A stretch of 64,000 bases of DNA from an uncultured Gammaproteobacteria bacterium (GCA_964620905.1 CAZUKA010000001.1:519646-583645); one strand, 5' to 3'; shown: positions 25,568 to 36,697, counted from the stretch's first letter. The notes: a model not told the origin generated them from the letters alone. Translations and numbers: made by a program.

Positions 25568-27352
25568 TTATTGCAATTTAGCCAAACGCATCAATATCTG
25601 ATTTACTTCCTGGGTTAACTTTTCCAAACCATCCTGGTCGTTGGATTTTTCTGCTGTAACGATCTTATGTTTTAAAGATTGTAATTTTTCGCGATAAAAA
25701 TTACGCTGCAGATTTTTCAAAACTTGTTCCCAATCACGAACAGCATCTGCTTCGGAAGAAAAATTCTTCAAATCGTCAGCCAACAACTGAATTGCCTGTA
25801 AAATTTTTATTTGTGCTGGCGAGAGGTTACTAACTTTATGAAAATCGGTCGCCAATAAAAAATCTTGCGACCAATGTGAAGTGTTATTAGTATAATACAC
25901 GATTAACTGACTGTAAAGGTCAACCTCATCTTTACCTTGTAACATCTCAGGTAAGATTACCTCTACTCCATTCACCCACCAATTAGCCCTGGACAAGAGC
26001 CAAGCTAAATAGCGCTGACTCATTCTCTGTTGCTGGGATATTTCCCGCCAAGCAATAGTCTGATTGTTGGTTTGATCGGTTGATTTCTGATTGGGCAAAC
26101 TATCCCGCAAAGCACTCTCCGAAATATTTACCAAGTTTGCCAACTTCTGCAAATAAAAATCTCGTTCAATTGGATCAGGGAGTTTGGCAATCAAAGACAA
26201 TAAATCTTGTGCTATTTTCTTTTTGCCAGCTAAAGTATCTAAATTATTGTTTTGCGAATAATAAGAAAAAAAATATTCCATAAATTCAGGTGCGCCAACA
26301 ACCATTTTTTTCCACTGACCAGGATTTTTTTGTACAAAAGAATCAGGATCCTCACCCAACGGTAAAATCAAAACATAAATATGCCAACCAGATTTAAGTG
26401 CCAACTCAGTGCTACGTAAAATTGCTTTGACACCGGCATTATCAGCATCAAAAGCAAAGACTATTTCCGCGGCATACCTTTTTAATAAAGATAATTGTTC
26501 TACAGTCAGAGCAGTTCCTGAAGTAGCTACCACATTGGTAAAACCAGCTTGGTGACAAGTCAAAACATCCATTTGTCCTTCCACCAAGACTACTCTTCCC
26601 AATGATTTTATATCTTCTTTTCCTTGAAACAAGCCATACAACACCTGACTTTTATTGTATAGAGGTGTTTCCGGGGAATTGACATATTTACCTTGATCTT
26701 TTACTGGAAAAATTAGACGGCCAGTAAAAGCTATAATCTGCCCGTGTCCATCAAACAATGGAAACATTATCCGTGACCGAAACCGATCATAAAAATCTCC
26801 TCGATCTTTTACAAACACCAGACCCGATTGTTTGATTTCATACTCACTATAACCTTTGGCCAGTAAGTGTAGTCGCAATTTATCAAAACTATCAGGTGCC
26901 CAACCAATTTTCCAAGCTTGCACAGTTTCATCTTGCAACCCACGTTGTCGTAAATAATCAAGTGCTTGCCCGCCTGTTTTAGTTTGCCATAAGTGAGCCA
27001 CAAAAAATTTTGCTGCTTCTTGCTGCAAATCTAATAGTCTAGCTTTTAAATCCAAAAGTTTAGGATCTTGTTTTTTTAATACTACCCCAGCTTTCTGGGC
27101 CAACATCCGCAAACTTTCCGGAAAATCAACATTTTCAATTTTTTTTATAAACTCATAAACATCACCGCCCTCATTACAACCAAAACAGTGCCAGAATTGC
27201 TTATCCTCTGACACCATAAATGACGGGGTTTTTTCATTGTGGAAAGGGCATAATCCTTTCCAATTACTCCCAGACTGTTTTAGTTGAGGTAAATATTCCT
27301 TGACTACCTCAACAATATTTAACTTATTTTTTATTTCCTGAATTTGGTCCAT
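25568..27352 (-). CDS. dnaG: DNA primase
   Basis: CPFHNEKTPSF zinc domain, KYVNSPET, VEGQMD TOPRIM, FDADNAG. Confidence 0.97.
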   Translation of the reverse strand: MDQIQEIKNKLNIVEVVKEYLPQLKQSGSNWKGLCPFHNEKTPSFMVSEDKQFWHCFGCNEGGDVYEFIKKIENVDFPESLRMLAQKAGVVLKKQDPKLLDLKARLLDLQQEAAKFFVAHLWQTKTGGQALDYLRQRGLQDETVQAWKIGWAPDSFDKLRLHLLAKGYSEYEIKQSGLVFVKDRGDFYDRFRSRIMFPLFDGHGQIIAFTGRLIFPVKDQGKYVNSPETPLYNKSQVLYGLFQGKEDIKSLGRVVLVEGQMDVLTCHQAGFTNVVATSGTALTVEQLSLLKRYAAEIVFAFDADNAGVKAILRSTELALKSGWHIYVLILPLGEDPDSFVQKNPGQWKKMVVGAPEFMEYFFSYYSQNNNLDTLAGKKKIAQDLLSLIAKLPDPIERDFYLQKLANLVNISESALRDSLPNQKSTDQTNNQTIAWREISQQQRMSQRYLAWLLSRANWWVNGVEVILPEMLQGKDEVDLYSQLIVYYTNNTSHWSQDFLLATDFHKVSNLSPAQIKILQAIQLLADDLKNFSSEADAVRDWEQVLKNLQRNFYREKLQSLKHKIVTAEKSNDQDGLEKLTQEVNQILMRLAKLQ

Positions 27353-27516
27353 CTTGGAATATAAATTAACTCAGCTACTTACTAAATCTTACCTTATATA
27401 TATGATAAAGGTCTAGGTTTTACTATCGACAGTTATTCCACACCAATATTAGTTTTGACATGTTTGTTGATATTGTCTAAGATAATTAAAATTTCATTTA
27501 CAATCAAGGAGAAGTT

Positions 27517-27711
27517 ATGTTACCAAAAATAAAACTTGCGAGATTCCAACGCTGGTATTATGAATTTATTTATAAATTACCTAAACCCAAACTAATGCCA
27601 CAAAAGAAAATTTGGCTGATTAAATCAGCAAGTATAGGTATCCTAATAATTTTATTTCTTTTATTTTTTTATTTTGTTGCCGATCTGTTGGTTAGAAGAT
27701 TTTTTTATTAA
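27517..27711 (+). CDS. Small single-TM ORFan
   Basis: TTGACA-N17-TAAGAT promoter, AAGGAG SD, terminator right after the stop. Confidence 0.55.
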   Translation: MLPKIKLARFQRWYYEFIYKLPKPKLMPQKKIWLIKSASIGILIILFLLFFYFVADLLVRRFFY

Positions 27712-27767
27712 ACAAAGTCCCGAAAATTTCGGGACTTTTTTCAAACTATAAACTGTAAAATATTAAA

Positions 27768-28346
27768 TTACAATAATTTTAGCACTTGCCACCAATTGGT
27801 CACGTACTCCAGCCGACGATTTTGGTATTTGAGATAATAAGCATGCTCCCAAACATCAATTCCAAAAACTGGTATATGCCCTTGGAGATACGGCGAATCT
27901 TGATTGGCAGTAGAATAAACTTCCAATTTACCAACACTGTTTTTCACTAACCACGCCCAACCGCTACCAAATCGAGTCAGGGCACTTTGGGTAAATTTTT
28001 CTTTAAATTCTTCAACTGAACCAAAAGTAGCGATAATTTCTTTTGCTAATTTTTCATCAACTGATTTCTCGGGCGACATAATTTCCCAAAATAAGCTGTG
28101 ATTGGCATGTCCCCCGCCATTATTCCTGATTGCTACTTTATCAGCTTCATCAATTGGCAAACTTATCAACTCTCTCAACAAATCAGCCAAAGGTTTATTT
28201 AATAATTCGGGATATTTCTCCAAAACAGAATTTAGTTTATCAATATAAGTCTGGTGATGCTTAGTATGATGGATTTCCATAGTAGTTTTATCAATGTATG
28301 GTTCCAACGCATCATATTTATATGATAAATCTGGTAGTGTATACAT
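27768..28346 (-). CDS. sodA: Fe/Mn superoxide dismutase
   Basis: HHTKHH, NNGGGHANH, FGSGWAWL, DVWEHAYY. Confidence 0.95.
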   Translation of the reverse strand: MYTLPDLSYKYDALEPYIDKTTMEIHHTKHHQTYIDKLNSVLEKYPELLNKPLADLLRELISLPIDEADKVAIRNNGGGHANHSLFWEIMSPEKSVDEKLAKEIIATFGSVEEFKEKFTQSALTRFGSGWAWLVKNSVGKLEVYSTANQDSPYLQGHIPVFGIDVWEHAYYLKYQNRRLEYVTNWWQVLKLL

Positions 28347-28398
28347 ATATTAATAATTATTAATTATAAATTATAAATTTTTAATTAATTTAATTATA

Positions 28399-29256
28399 TC
28401 AAACTTGACAATTGGGGCAAAAATGTGTGCCCCGGCCGGCCAGTTTTATTTTTTTAATATTGGTTTTACAAATCTTGCACTTATCTTTGCCTCGTCCGTA
28501 TACTTGCAAATACTGAACAAAATTCCCCCGCCGTCCAAAAGTATCTACATAATTGTTAAAAGTGGTACCACGTTTAGCGATGGCTTGCTTGATAATTTTT
28601 TTAGTCTGCTTAAACAATATCTTAACCTCTTGCTTGGTCAATTTATTTACTGTTCGCATCGGTCTTACCTTGGCAGCAAAACATATCTCATCAGCATAGA
28701 TATTGCCTATACCAGCTATTAACTGCTGATTCAGTAATAATGCTTTGAGGGTGGTTTTTCTGTTCTTAAATAATTTTACCCAATTGGTGATAGTAAAATC
28801 CTTGGTCAAGGGTTCGATGCCAAATCTTTCTTTAATAAGTTGCAAATCTTTATTATCTACAATCTGCATATAACCAAAAGTGCGTATGTCATTGAAATAT
28901 AAATTACTGCCATCAGCAAAGCCAATCATGATATAAGTATATTGATTGGGGTAATCCATTTTATCTGATGTAAAACTGTGTCCGCCGACAGTTCTATTCT
29001 TATCATTTATATAAATCAATTGTCCGGTCATCTTAAGATGAGTCAATAGATATAAATTATTTTTCAGCACAAAAATTATCAGCTTACCGACGCGATCAAT
29101 CTTGACAATTTTATTATCTACCAAAGTTCTAATAAAATATTTATTTGGATTTTTTACCAATCTTGATTTTTTTATTGTGACTTTTATTATTTTTTTACCT
29201 ATTACTTGTTTGATTAAGTCACGCCGAATAGTCTCTACTTCAGGAAGTTCAGGCAT
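28399..29256 (-). CDS. mutM: Formamidopyrimidine-DNA glycosylase
   Basis: MPELPEVE N-terminus, GIGNIYADE, C-terminal zinc finger. Confidence 0.97.
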   Translation of the reverse strand: MPELPEVETIRRDLIKQVIGKKIIKVTIKKSRLVKNPNKYFIRTLVDNKIVKIDRVGKLIIFVLKNNLYLLTHLKMTGQLIYINDKNRTVGGHSFTSDKMDYPNQYTYIMIGFADGSNLYFNDIRTFGYMQIVDNKDLQLIKERFGIEPLTKDFTITNWVKLFKNRKTTLKALLLNQQLIAGIGNIYADEICFAAKVRPMRTVNKLTKQEVKILFKQTKKIIKQAIAKRGTTFNNYVDTFGRRGNFVQYLQVYGRGKDKCKICKTNIKKIKLAGRGTHFCPNCQV

Positions 29257-29304
29257 AGGATTAGGATTAAGGATATGGGATTAAGAAAATAGGATTAAGA
29301 ATGA

Positions 29305-30606
29305 TTATGGTTGATAAGTTACGCGGTAAACTACCCCAGCTTTGTCATCAGTAATATACATCACGCCACCAGGCTGAATCAGTATATCAACCGGCCGACC
29401 TAAAACATCTCCATTATTTAACCAACCACTAATAAAATCTTCCTCACTTTGATAATTACCTTGAGCATCAAGCCGGTAACGGACAATTTTATAACCAGTG
29501 GGCGTTGACCTGTTCCAAGAACCATGGTAAGCCACCAACAAATCATACCACATGTCTTCTGGCCAACCTTCTTCCGGAATAAATGCCAGCCCCAAAGGTG
29601 CGCTGTGAGCGGGGATATCAATCTGAGCTGGAATCTTGTCACTACAAGGATCTTGGATATATTGATTTTTATCAAAATCAGTGTCGTGTATATTTTGACC
29701 ATAACAGATAGGCCAGCCATAGTCTTTACCAGGTTGCAAAATATTTATTTCATCGGGTGGTAAATTGTCGCCCAACCAATCACGACCCATCTCGGTGGCC
29801 CAAATTTTCCCATCAACAGGATGGATAGACAGAAATGGTGCATTGCGCAGCCCCGTGGTATATTCCTGTAAATTACTACCATCCAAATCTGCTACCAAAA
29901 CTTTTGCACGACGCCAATCATCTTCATAACAAACATTGCAGGTTGAGCCAACGGCTATAAGTAGTTGAGTTTTTTCCTGCCCGTCTAGGGGAGTTTCTAT
30001 AATACTTCTGGTCCAGTGCCCACCACCAGTTGGCAAGTCAATAATTTTCTTTTTATTTATTGCCAGATCAGAGGTAAAATCATAATCAAACAATGTCACT
30101 TGGTTGGTTTCGGCTACATATAATTTACATTCGTTTTCGCTATAACATTTAACCAACAAACCGTGTGGGCGATTTAGGCCACCAACGACGGTTTTTATCT
30201 CTTCGGCTTTTCCATCACCGTCTTTATCTCGGATTTTAATTATCTTTCCTTGATTGGGCACGCTCACCAAGAAACCACCGTTAGGTGCGTGCGCTATTAC
30301 TCTGGGGTTGCCCAAATTTTCTGCAAATACAGAGATGGAAAAACTTTTAGGTAAATTTAGTGGACCTTGTTGATAATATTCTGTCTTAATAGCTTCAGAT
30401 TTGTTGTCAGTAGTTAATTCTTTTTCAATTCGTTGATTATAATTTGTTACCTGTTCTTTTAGATTTTCACTAGTATCCAACAGCCGCACAATGTTGTCAG
30501 CCGGTGGAAAAAAACCAGGAGTTATTTTTTTTAGACGTTGTATACCCAGACCAACTAAAAGAAAAAATAAAATAATTACAACTGCCCAAATTAATTTTTT
30601 GCTCAT
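29305..30606 (-). CDS. PQQ-dependent sugar dehydrogenase (glucose/sorbosone family), membrane-anchored
   Basis: GHWTR, GLRN, PPDEIN, YGWP, HSAPLG, HGSWNR, GRPVD motifs. Confidence 0.9.
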   Translation of the reverse strand: MSKKLIWAVVIILFFLLVGLGIQRLKKITPGFFPPADNIVRLLDTSENLKEQVTNYNQRIEKELTTDNKSEAIKTEYYQQGPLNLPKSFSISVFAENLGNPRVIAHAPNGGFLVSVPNQGKIIKIRDKDGDGKAEEIKTVVGGLNRPHGLLVKCYSENECKLYVAETNQVTLFDYDFTSDLAINKKKIIDLPTGGGHWTRSIIETPLDGQEKTQLLIAVGSTCNVCYEDDWRRAKVLVADLDGSNLQEYTTGLRNAPFLSIHPVDGKIWATEMGRDWLGDNLPPDEINILQPGKDYGWPICYGQNIHDTDFDKNQYIQDPCSDKIPAQIDIPAHSAPLGLAFIPEEGWPEDMWYDLLVAYHGSWNRSTPTGYKIVRYRLDAQGNYQSEEDFISGWLNNGDVLGRPVDILIQPGGVMYITDDKAGVVYRVTYQP

Positions 30607-30610
30607 ATGT

Positions 30611-30922
30611 TTATTTAATTAAATTTGATTTAAGCCACTGATTGTAAGCCACATTGACCGAAGCGATATTGAGAGTCATAAGACAAGGTATTTGGTAAGG
30701 ATGATTCTTGGCTAAAAAATTTTTTACTTGTCCAGCCAATTTTTTTTCCGTCTTAAAAAACACAGCAACTTCCTTATTGTTTACAATTTTTCCTTTCCAA
30801 TTATAAATTGACCCTATAACAAATAAATTAGCACAAGCTATCAATTTACGTTTGAGTAACTTTTTTGTTAAATTGCTAGCACTAGTTTTATTGGGAAATG
30901 TTGAATAAATAATTATCATCAT
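30611..30922 (-). CDS. cutA: Divalent-cation tolerance protein CutA
   Basis: LIACAN...SIY.WKG...HPYQIPC. Confidence 0.9.
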   Translation of the reverse strand: MMIIIYSTFPNKTSASNLTKKLLKRKLIACANLFVIGSIYNWKGKIVNNKEVAVFFKTEKKLAGQVKNFLAKNHPYQIPCLMTLNIASVNVAYNQWLKSNLIK

Positions 30923-30928
30923 AATGGT

Positions 30929-31705
30929 TTATAAATAATCAAGTAAACTTTCATAATTTATAAAACTAAATAGTTGATAAAAATAAGATATCCAAGCAGC
31001 AAAACCATCGGTCAGTAAAAGCAAGCCAATAATTATCAAAAACGCCCCACCTACAATGCTTACTATTTTGAAAAATAGTTGTTTGTTTCGCAGAGCGTAA
31101 AAACCATTTCCGAGTCCGGCCGCCACCAATAAAAACGGAATGGCATGCCCTAGAGAAAAAACTGTCAGCAAAAAAGCTCCCATACTAAGGGTGGCACTTT
31201 GGGAGGCTAATAATAAAACCGTTCCTAAAATAGGACCAATACATGGTGTCCAACCAAAAGCAAATACTGCACCGAATAAAAAAGAGCTAATTGGTCGACC
31301 AGGCTTTAGCTGTTTAGTAATTTTTAAATGCCAATCATTATTTAAAAAATTCCATTTATTCAAGCTAAATTTGCCAAGTTCACTGAGTAACAGATAAAGA
31401 CCAAAAATAATAATTACTATTCCACCTAGACGTGCCAATACTAAACGATACTTGATAAGTCCTACCCCACCCAAACCAAATAAAAGTCCCAAAAAAATAA
31501 ATATTGTACTAAACCCAACCACATACAATAAACCGTTCAACAATATCCTCCGCCGAGCCGAGCTGAATAAATTTTTATCCGCCAACTCTTTAACCGATAC
31601 CCCACTGATAAAGCCCAAATATCCTGGCACTAAAGGCAAAGTACAGGGTGCAAAAAAAGTCAAAAGTCCGGCAATAAAAGCAGAAATTATCAATGCTGTA
31701 TCCAT
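30929..31705 (-). CDS. ccdA: Cytochrome c biogenesis CcdA-family disulfide transporter
   Basis: FFAPCTLPLVPGY and FGWTPCIGPILG motifs. Confidence 0.9.
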   Translation of the reverse strand: MDTALIISAFIAGLLTFFAPCTLPLVPGYLGFISGVSVKELADKNLFSSARRRILLNGLLYVVGFSTIFIFLGLLFGLGGVGLIKYRLVLARLGGIVIIIFGLYLLLSELGKFSLNKWNFLNNDWHLKITKQLKPGRPISSFLFGAVFAFGWTPCIGPILGTVLLLASQSATLSMGAFLLTVFSLGHAIPFLLVAAGLGNGFYALRNKQLFFKIVSIVGGAFLIIIGLLLLTDGFAAWISYFYQLFSFINYESLLDYL

Positions 31706-31757
31706 AAATACTATTTTATCATTAAATTAAAAAAGACGGAAAAATCCGTCTTATTTT

Positions 31758-32291
31758 TTATAGATCAAAAGCTTTGATTAGATTGTCAGTAAAATTTTCC
31801 TGTTCCCAGCCAAGTAGATTTAGCCCGTCAGCTAAAATATCACTAGTGTAAGTTCCTTTACTTTTTAGCATCACGGCTAAATCACTTTTTTCTTGGGGCA
31901 AATTAACAGCAATATTGTATTTTGGCTTGTACCAATATACGCCACTTTGGCGAAAAGAAATATAGTGTACACAGGTTGAAATTCGGCGATCACTATGTTT
32001 GGAAACTTTAATATTATCCGGACAAGTGGTGATAGGGATATTGACAAATTGATTAGACAAAACTTTACGAAAATATTTTTTTACTGTCGGCAATGACCAA
32101 AAATTGATTATCTGCCAATAACGTTCACCAATTTCAATTAATTTTTCTTCACTATATTTATAATCTGCCAAATAATAGCATAACTTTTTTTTAAAAACTG
32201 GTATTTTTTGTCCGCCCTGATGATCAATCAATTCATTGAGTTTCAGTAAAATATTTTCCGGATCAATTAAGATTGCTTCACTTATTTCCAT
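31758..32291 (-). CDS. Hypothetical protein (ORFan cassette)
   Basis: 177-aa ORF, AAGGAG SD, flanking hairpins. Confidence 0.6.
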   Translation of the reverse strand: MEISEAILIDPENILLKLNELIDHQGGQKIPVFKKKLCYYLADYKYSEEKLIEIGERYWQIINFWSLPTVKKYFRKVLSNQFVNIPITTCPDNIKVSKHSDRRISTCVHYISFRQSGVYWYKPKYNIAVNLPQEKSDLAVMLKSKGTYTSDILADGLNLLGWEQENFTDNLIKAFDL

Positions 32292-32400
32292 AGCTATTCT
32301 CCTTTATTTTTATTTGATTGTTAATGTTGTTGATAATTATTTTTAAAACCAAACAATAAAAAAGTCAACCCCAAAGTTGACTTGACAGTAAACTATTTTT

Positions 32401-33066
32401 CTAGTAAATAATATTTGTCGCCGGCAACTGCTCACGTAGTTCGGCTATCTCTACTGGCTTTAGTCGATTACCTACCAAATTTAGAGTGGTTAAATTTGGT
32501 AATTCTTTTAACACCGCGGGCAAACGTAAAAAGCTATTGCTAGATAAAAACAAATAACGTAAATTATTTAAATTGGCGAATTCCTCTGGCAGTGAAGTCA
32601 ATTGGTTGTGACTTAAATCGAGCGTGATTAAATTGGTCAAACTACCAATTTCTGTAGGTAAAGCAGTTAAATTATTACCGCTGACATCGAAAACTTTCAA
32701 TTTTTGCCAAGCGCTAATATTGTTTGGCAAAGAACCACTTAACTGATTGTTTTCTATTTTCACTTCTACTACTGCTGTCAACCGATCAATCTCCGAGGGT
32801 AAAATAGTGAGTTGATTGTTGGCTAAATTAATTTTTTGCAAATTCACCAGTTTAAAAACTTCCTTTGGGAACTCAGTTAAATTTTGACTAGATAAATCCA
32901 GAGTGTTTATATTTTCTGGGTATTTTAATTTTTTTAAATCACCCACTTTGTTTATATTTGTAATATCTGATAGTAATCGGTCTTGACTATTTAAATAATA
33001 ATAAACATACCAACCAGTAGCAATAAAAAATAAAACGATTAGAAAAATTATTATTTTTTTATTCAT
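32401..33066 (-). CDS. Membrane-anchored leucine-rich-repeat protein
   Basis: N-terminal TM; repeated LxxLxLxxNxLxxLPxEI units. Confidence 0.9.
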   Translation of the reverse strand: MNKKIIIFLIVLFFIATGWYVYYYLNSQDRLLSDITNINKVGDLKKLKYPENINTLDLSSQNLTEFPKEVFKLVNLQKINLANNQLTILPSEIDRLTAVVEVKIENNQLSGSLPNNISAWQKLKVFDVSGNNLTALPTEIGSLTNLITLDLSHNQLTSLPEEFANLNNLRYLFLSSNSFLRLPAVLKELPNLTTLNLVGNRLKPVEIAELREQLPATNIIY

Positions 33067-33069
33067 GAA

Positions 33070-33291
33070 TTATAATTTTTCAATTTCTTTTAAATCTTTA
33101 TCCGGTAAATACAATAGTAACAACCCTATCATAATCCCGCCTAGTGCTGTCCAAACATGCCCACCAGCAAATAATACTTTATCGATATAATCCAAGGTGT
33201 ACCAAATCCCTCGCCAAATCAAAACTATCCCTACTACAATATAAAGATTTTTCAAAAAATATTTTAATAAATTTCTTTTGTGGAAAAACAT
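33070..33291 (-). CDS. Small two-TM membrane protein
   Basis: 'VLIWRGIWYTLD' motif; two hydrophobic helices. Confidence 0.7.
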   Translation of the reverse strand: MFFHKRNLLKYFLKNLYIVVGIVLIWRGIWYTLDYIDKVLFAGGHVWTALGGIMIGLLLLYLPDKDLKEIEKL

Positions 33292-33381
33292 ATTTTTATT
33301 TTAATCCTACGACTAAAGCTTAGAATTGAACACTTCACTAGACATAGGTGGTAATAAGCCACACGAAGCCTTAGCAAAGTG

Positions 33382-33472
33382 TGGCGGAGAGGGAGGGATT
33401 CGAACCCTCGAACAGCTATTAACCGTTACTTGCTTTCCAAGCAAGCGCACTAGACCACTATGCGACCTCTCC
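33382..33472 (-). tRNA. tRNA-Ser (GGA)
   Basis: Minus-strand cloverleaf, anticodon arm CTTGC-TT-GGA-AA-GCAAG, long variable arm, CCA. Confidence 0.96.
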
Positions 33473-33587
33473 GTAATCAGAATATTGGATTAAGAATCTA
33501 GAATATTGAATTTAGAATTATTTTTTTAATAATCTCTTATTTCTATCGGCATGCTCCCGCTTACGCGAGATTATTCTGTCCTGAGCA

Positions 33588-33814
<227 letters not shown>

Positions 33815-33907
33815 AAATTTAAATGCCTACACATATTATTATAAACTATAAATAAAATCAAGAAAAAAGCCCAGAATAAATCTGGGCTATAAAAAACAAA
33901 TGGTGTC

Positions 33908-34159
33908 TTATCTAACTTGAAAACTCAAGTCATTAACAGAAAATCTCTGTCCTGGAATAACATCAGCGGTAACGCTGCAACAAATATGTTTCTTTTTACC
34001 ATTTTTATTTATTACTACATCTGAAGCAATATTTTTAATTCTGACAGAATCATCAAAAATTTTTATTGAGACCAAATCACTTTGATCTGCCAAAGCTTGT
34101 TTCAGAATTTCTTCCGCTTGTTTATTTTCACCAATAGGTACCACAGAGATTTTTGACAT
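33908..34159 (-). CDS. Small hypothetical protein (ORFan cassette)
   Basis: TTGACA-N17-TAATAT promoter, GGAGG SD, terminator at ~33867-33889. Confidence 0.65.
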   Translation of the reverse strand: MSKISVVPIGENKQAEEILKQALADQSDLVSIKIFDDSVRIKNIASDVVINKNGKKKHICCSVTADVIPGQRFSVNDLSFQVR

Positions 34160-34306
34160 AATATCCTCCGAAATAAATTTTAGTTTGAGTTAAAAAAACA
34201 ATTTAAGGAACAAGGCTTTAATATTAGCATAAAAATTACTTTTTGTCAATGTAAATAAAACCCCAGACAATAGGTCTGGGGGTTTTAAAGAATAAATTCT
34301 TAAATA

Positions 34307-36697
34307 TCAAAGCTTCTTTTTATTTAGCATGATCATAGTCTTTATCACTGAGTCGGGATTTAGACTTATTGAATCAATTCCCGCTCTCACTAAAAATTCA
34401 GCAAAATCAGGAAAGTCTGATGGCCCTTGTCCACAAATACCAATTTTTGTTCTTGATTTTTTAGCTACCTTGATAGCTTCAGCAATCAATTTCTTAACTG
34501 CTTCGTTGCGCTCATTACCAATGTGTGCCAAAGTTCCAGCATCGCGATCAAGTCCCAAAGTTAGCTGTGTCAAATCATTGGAACCAATAGAAAAACCATC
34601 AAACATCCGAGCAAACTCTTTAGCCAGTATCACATTGGAAGGTATCTCTACCATCATATATAGTTGCAATTTATTCACTCCGCGCTTAAGTCCTTGACTA
34701 CTCATTATCTCGATAACTTTTTTTGCTTCATCCAAAGTCCTGACAAAAGGAATCATAATTTTCACATTTATTAACCCCATTTCCTCTCGGACTTTTTTCA
34801 AAGCCACACATTCCATTCTAAATACCTCCACAAACTTGGGATCGTAATACCTGGAAGCTCCGCGCCAACCTAGCATGGGGTTATCTTCTTTAGGTTCATA
34901 ACTAAGACCACCAATCAAGTTGGCGTATTCGTTGGTTTTAAAATCAGACAATCTGACAATAACATCTTTGGGATAAAAAGCAGCAGCAATTCTGGCTATA
35001 CCTTCAGCCAATTTTTCAATATAAAACTTTTTTTTGTCAGCATAACCAACCGTGATCTTATCGATTTGGGTTAAAACTTTTTTATCTGGCAATTTTTTAT
35101 AATCAAGTAACGCCTGGGGGTGAATTTTGATATAGGTATTGACGATAAACTCTTCCCGCGCTAGCCCGACGCCACTATTGGGGATAAAGGAAAAATTAAA
35201 TGCTTGATCCGGTTCGCCCACATTCATCATCACTTTGACTTTACGGGGTGTTTTTAAATTTTTTATATTGGTGCGTTTTACTTCATACTTTATACTCCCC
35301 TCATAAACCCGCCCGACTTCTCCCTCCGCACAAGATACGGTTACTTTTTGACCGGTTTTTAAAACTGAACTAGCAGTGCCGGTACCAACTACAGCTGGAA
35401 TCCCCAACTCCCTGGAAACAATCGCCGCGTGACAAGTACGTCCACCGGCATCAGTGACAATAGCAGCAGCTTTTTTCATTACTGGCACCCAATCAGGATC
35501 AGTCATGTCAGTTACTAATATATCACCGGCTTTAAATTTATGAATATCTTTAACATCCATTATTACACTTACTTGGCCAGCGCCAACTTTATTTCCAACC
35601 GCCGAACCAGTAGTCAAAATTTTACCTTTTTGCAATAACTTAAACTCTTCAACTACTGCCATATTTTTTTGCGATTGAACTGTTTCCGGTCTAGCTTGTA
35701 CGATATAAAGTTTATTTGATTTTCCATCTTTGGCCCATTCCATATCCATGGGCTTTTGATAATGCATTTCAATAATCACTGCCCACCGCGCTAACTGCAT
35801 AACTTCTTTATCAGTTAGAGCAAATTTATTGGCAGCAGATTTTGACACAGACATATCTTGTACAGGCTCAGGACCGGTTAAATTGTAAACCAATTTTCTT
35901 GTCTTGGGTCCAAGAGTTTTGGAAATAATTGCGTTCTTGCCTTGTTTTAAAGTAGGTTTAAAAACAAAATATTCATCTGGCGTAACCATACCCTGTACAA
36001 TATACTCACCTAGTCCATAAATCGCGTTGATAAGTACAGTATCTTTGAAACCAGATTCTGTATCAATAGAAAACATCACTCCGGAAGCGGCTAAGTCAGA
36101 TCTCACCATTTTTTGAATGCCAACGGTCAAAGAAATTTTGAAATGATCAAACTTTTTTTCCACACGATAAGCAATTGCCCGATCGGTAAATAAAGAGGCA
36201 ATGCATTTTTTAACTGCAAGCAACAACTCCTTCTCACCTTTGATATTAAGATAGGTTTCCTGCTGACCAGCAAAAGAAGCATCAGGTAGATCTTCGGCTG
36301 TGGCTGATGAGCGTACCGCTACATCAACATCTTTTACTTTAAAGTCTTTGGATAATTCGTGATAATAAGTAATTATTTCTTGCTCCAATTCAACTGGTAA
36401 CTGACAACGCAAAATCAAATTACGCACTTGCCTACCCCTGGCTTGTAAGTTTCTAATATCATTTACATCCAAATCGGATAAAATTCTTTTGATTTCTTTT
36501 TTAATTCCGGCTTTGTCTAAAAAATATTTATAAGCAAAAGCAGTAGTAGCAAAACCGTTCGGAATATTTACTCCTTTCTTGGTGAGTAACGAATACATCT
36601 CACCTAGTGAGGCATTTTTACCACCAACAATTTCTACATCGGTATTTCTGATTTCCCGAAAACGCAAAACAAATTTTTTCTTTTTGTTCATATTCAT
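34307..36697 (-). CDS. ppsA: Phosphoenolpyruvate synthase
   Basis: VGGKNASLGEM, VRSSATAEDLPDASFAGQQET, GGRTCHAAIVSRE, FSIGSNDLTQ. Confidence 0.97.
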   Translation of the reverse strand: MNMNKKKKFVLRFREIRNTDVEIVGGKNASLGEMYSLLTKKGVNIPNGFATTAFAYKYFLDKAGIKKEIKRILSDLDVNDIRNLQARGRQVRNLILRCQLPVELEQEIITYYHELSKDFKVKDVDVAVRSSATAEDLPDASFAGQQETYLNIKGEKELLLAVKKCIASLFTDRAIAYRVEKKFDHFKISLTVGIQKMVRSDLAASGVMFSIDTESGFKDTVLINAIYGLGEYIVQGMVTPDEYFVFKPTLKQGKNAIISKTLGPKTRKLVYNLTGPEPVQDMSVSKSAANKFALTDKEVMQLARWAVIIEMHYQKPMDMEWAKDGKSNKLYIVQARPETVQSQKNMAVVEEFKLLQKGKILTTGSAVGNKVGAGQVSVIMDVKDIHKFKAGDILVTDMTDPDWVPVMKKAAAIVTDAGGRTCHAAIVSRELGIPAVVGTGTASSVLKTGQKVTVSCAEGEVGRVYEGSIKYEVKRTNIKNLKTPRKVKVMMNVGEPDQAFNFSFIPNSGVGLAREEFIVNTYIKIHPQALLDYKKLPDKKVLTQIDKITVGYADKKKFYIEKLAEGIARIAAAFYPKDVIVRLSDFKTNEYANLIGGLSYEPKEDNPMLGWRGASRYYDPKFVEVFRMECVALKKVREEMGLINVKIMIPFVRTLDEAKKVIEIMSSQGLKRGVNKLQLYMMVEIPSNVILAKEFARMFDGFSIGSNDLTQLTLGLDRDAGTLAHIGNERNEAVKKLIAEAIKVAKKSRTKIGICGQGPSDFPDFAEFLVRAGIDSISLNPDSVIKTMIMLNKKKL

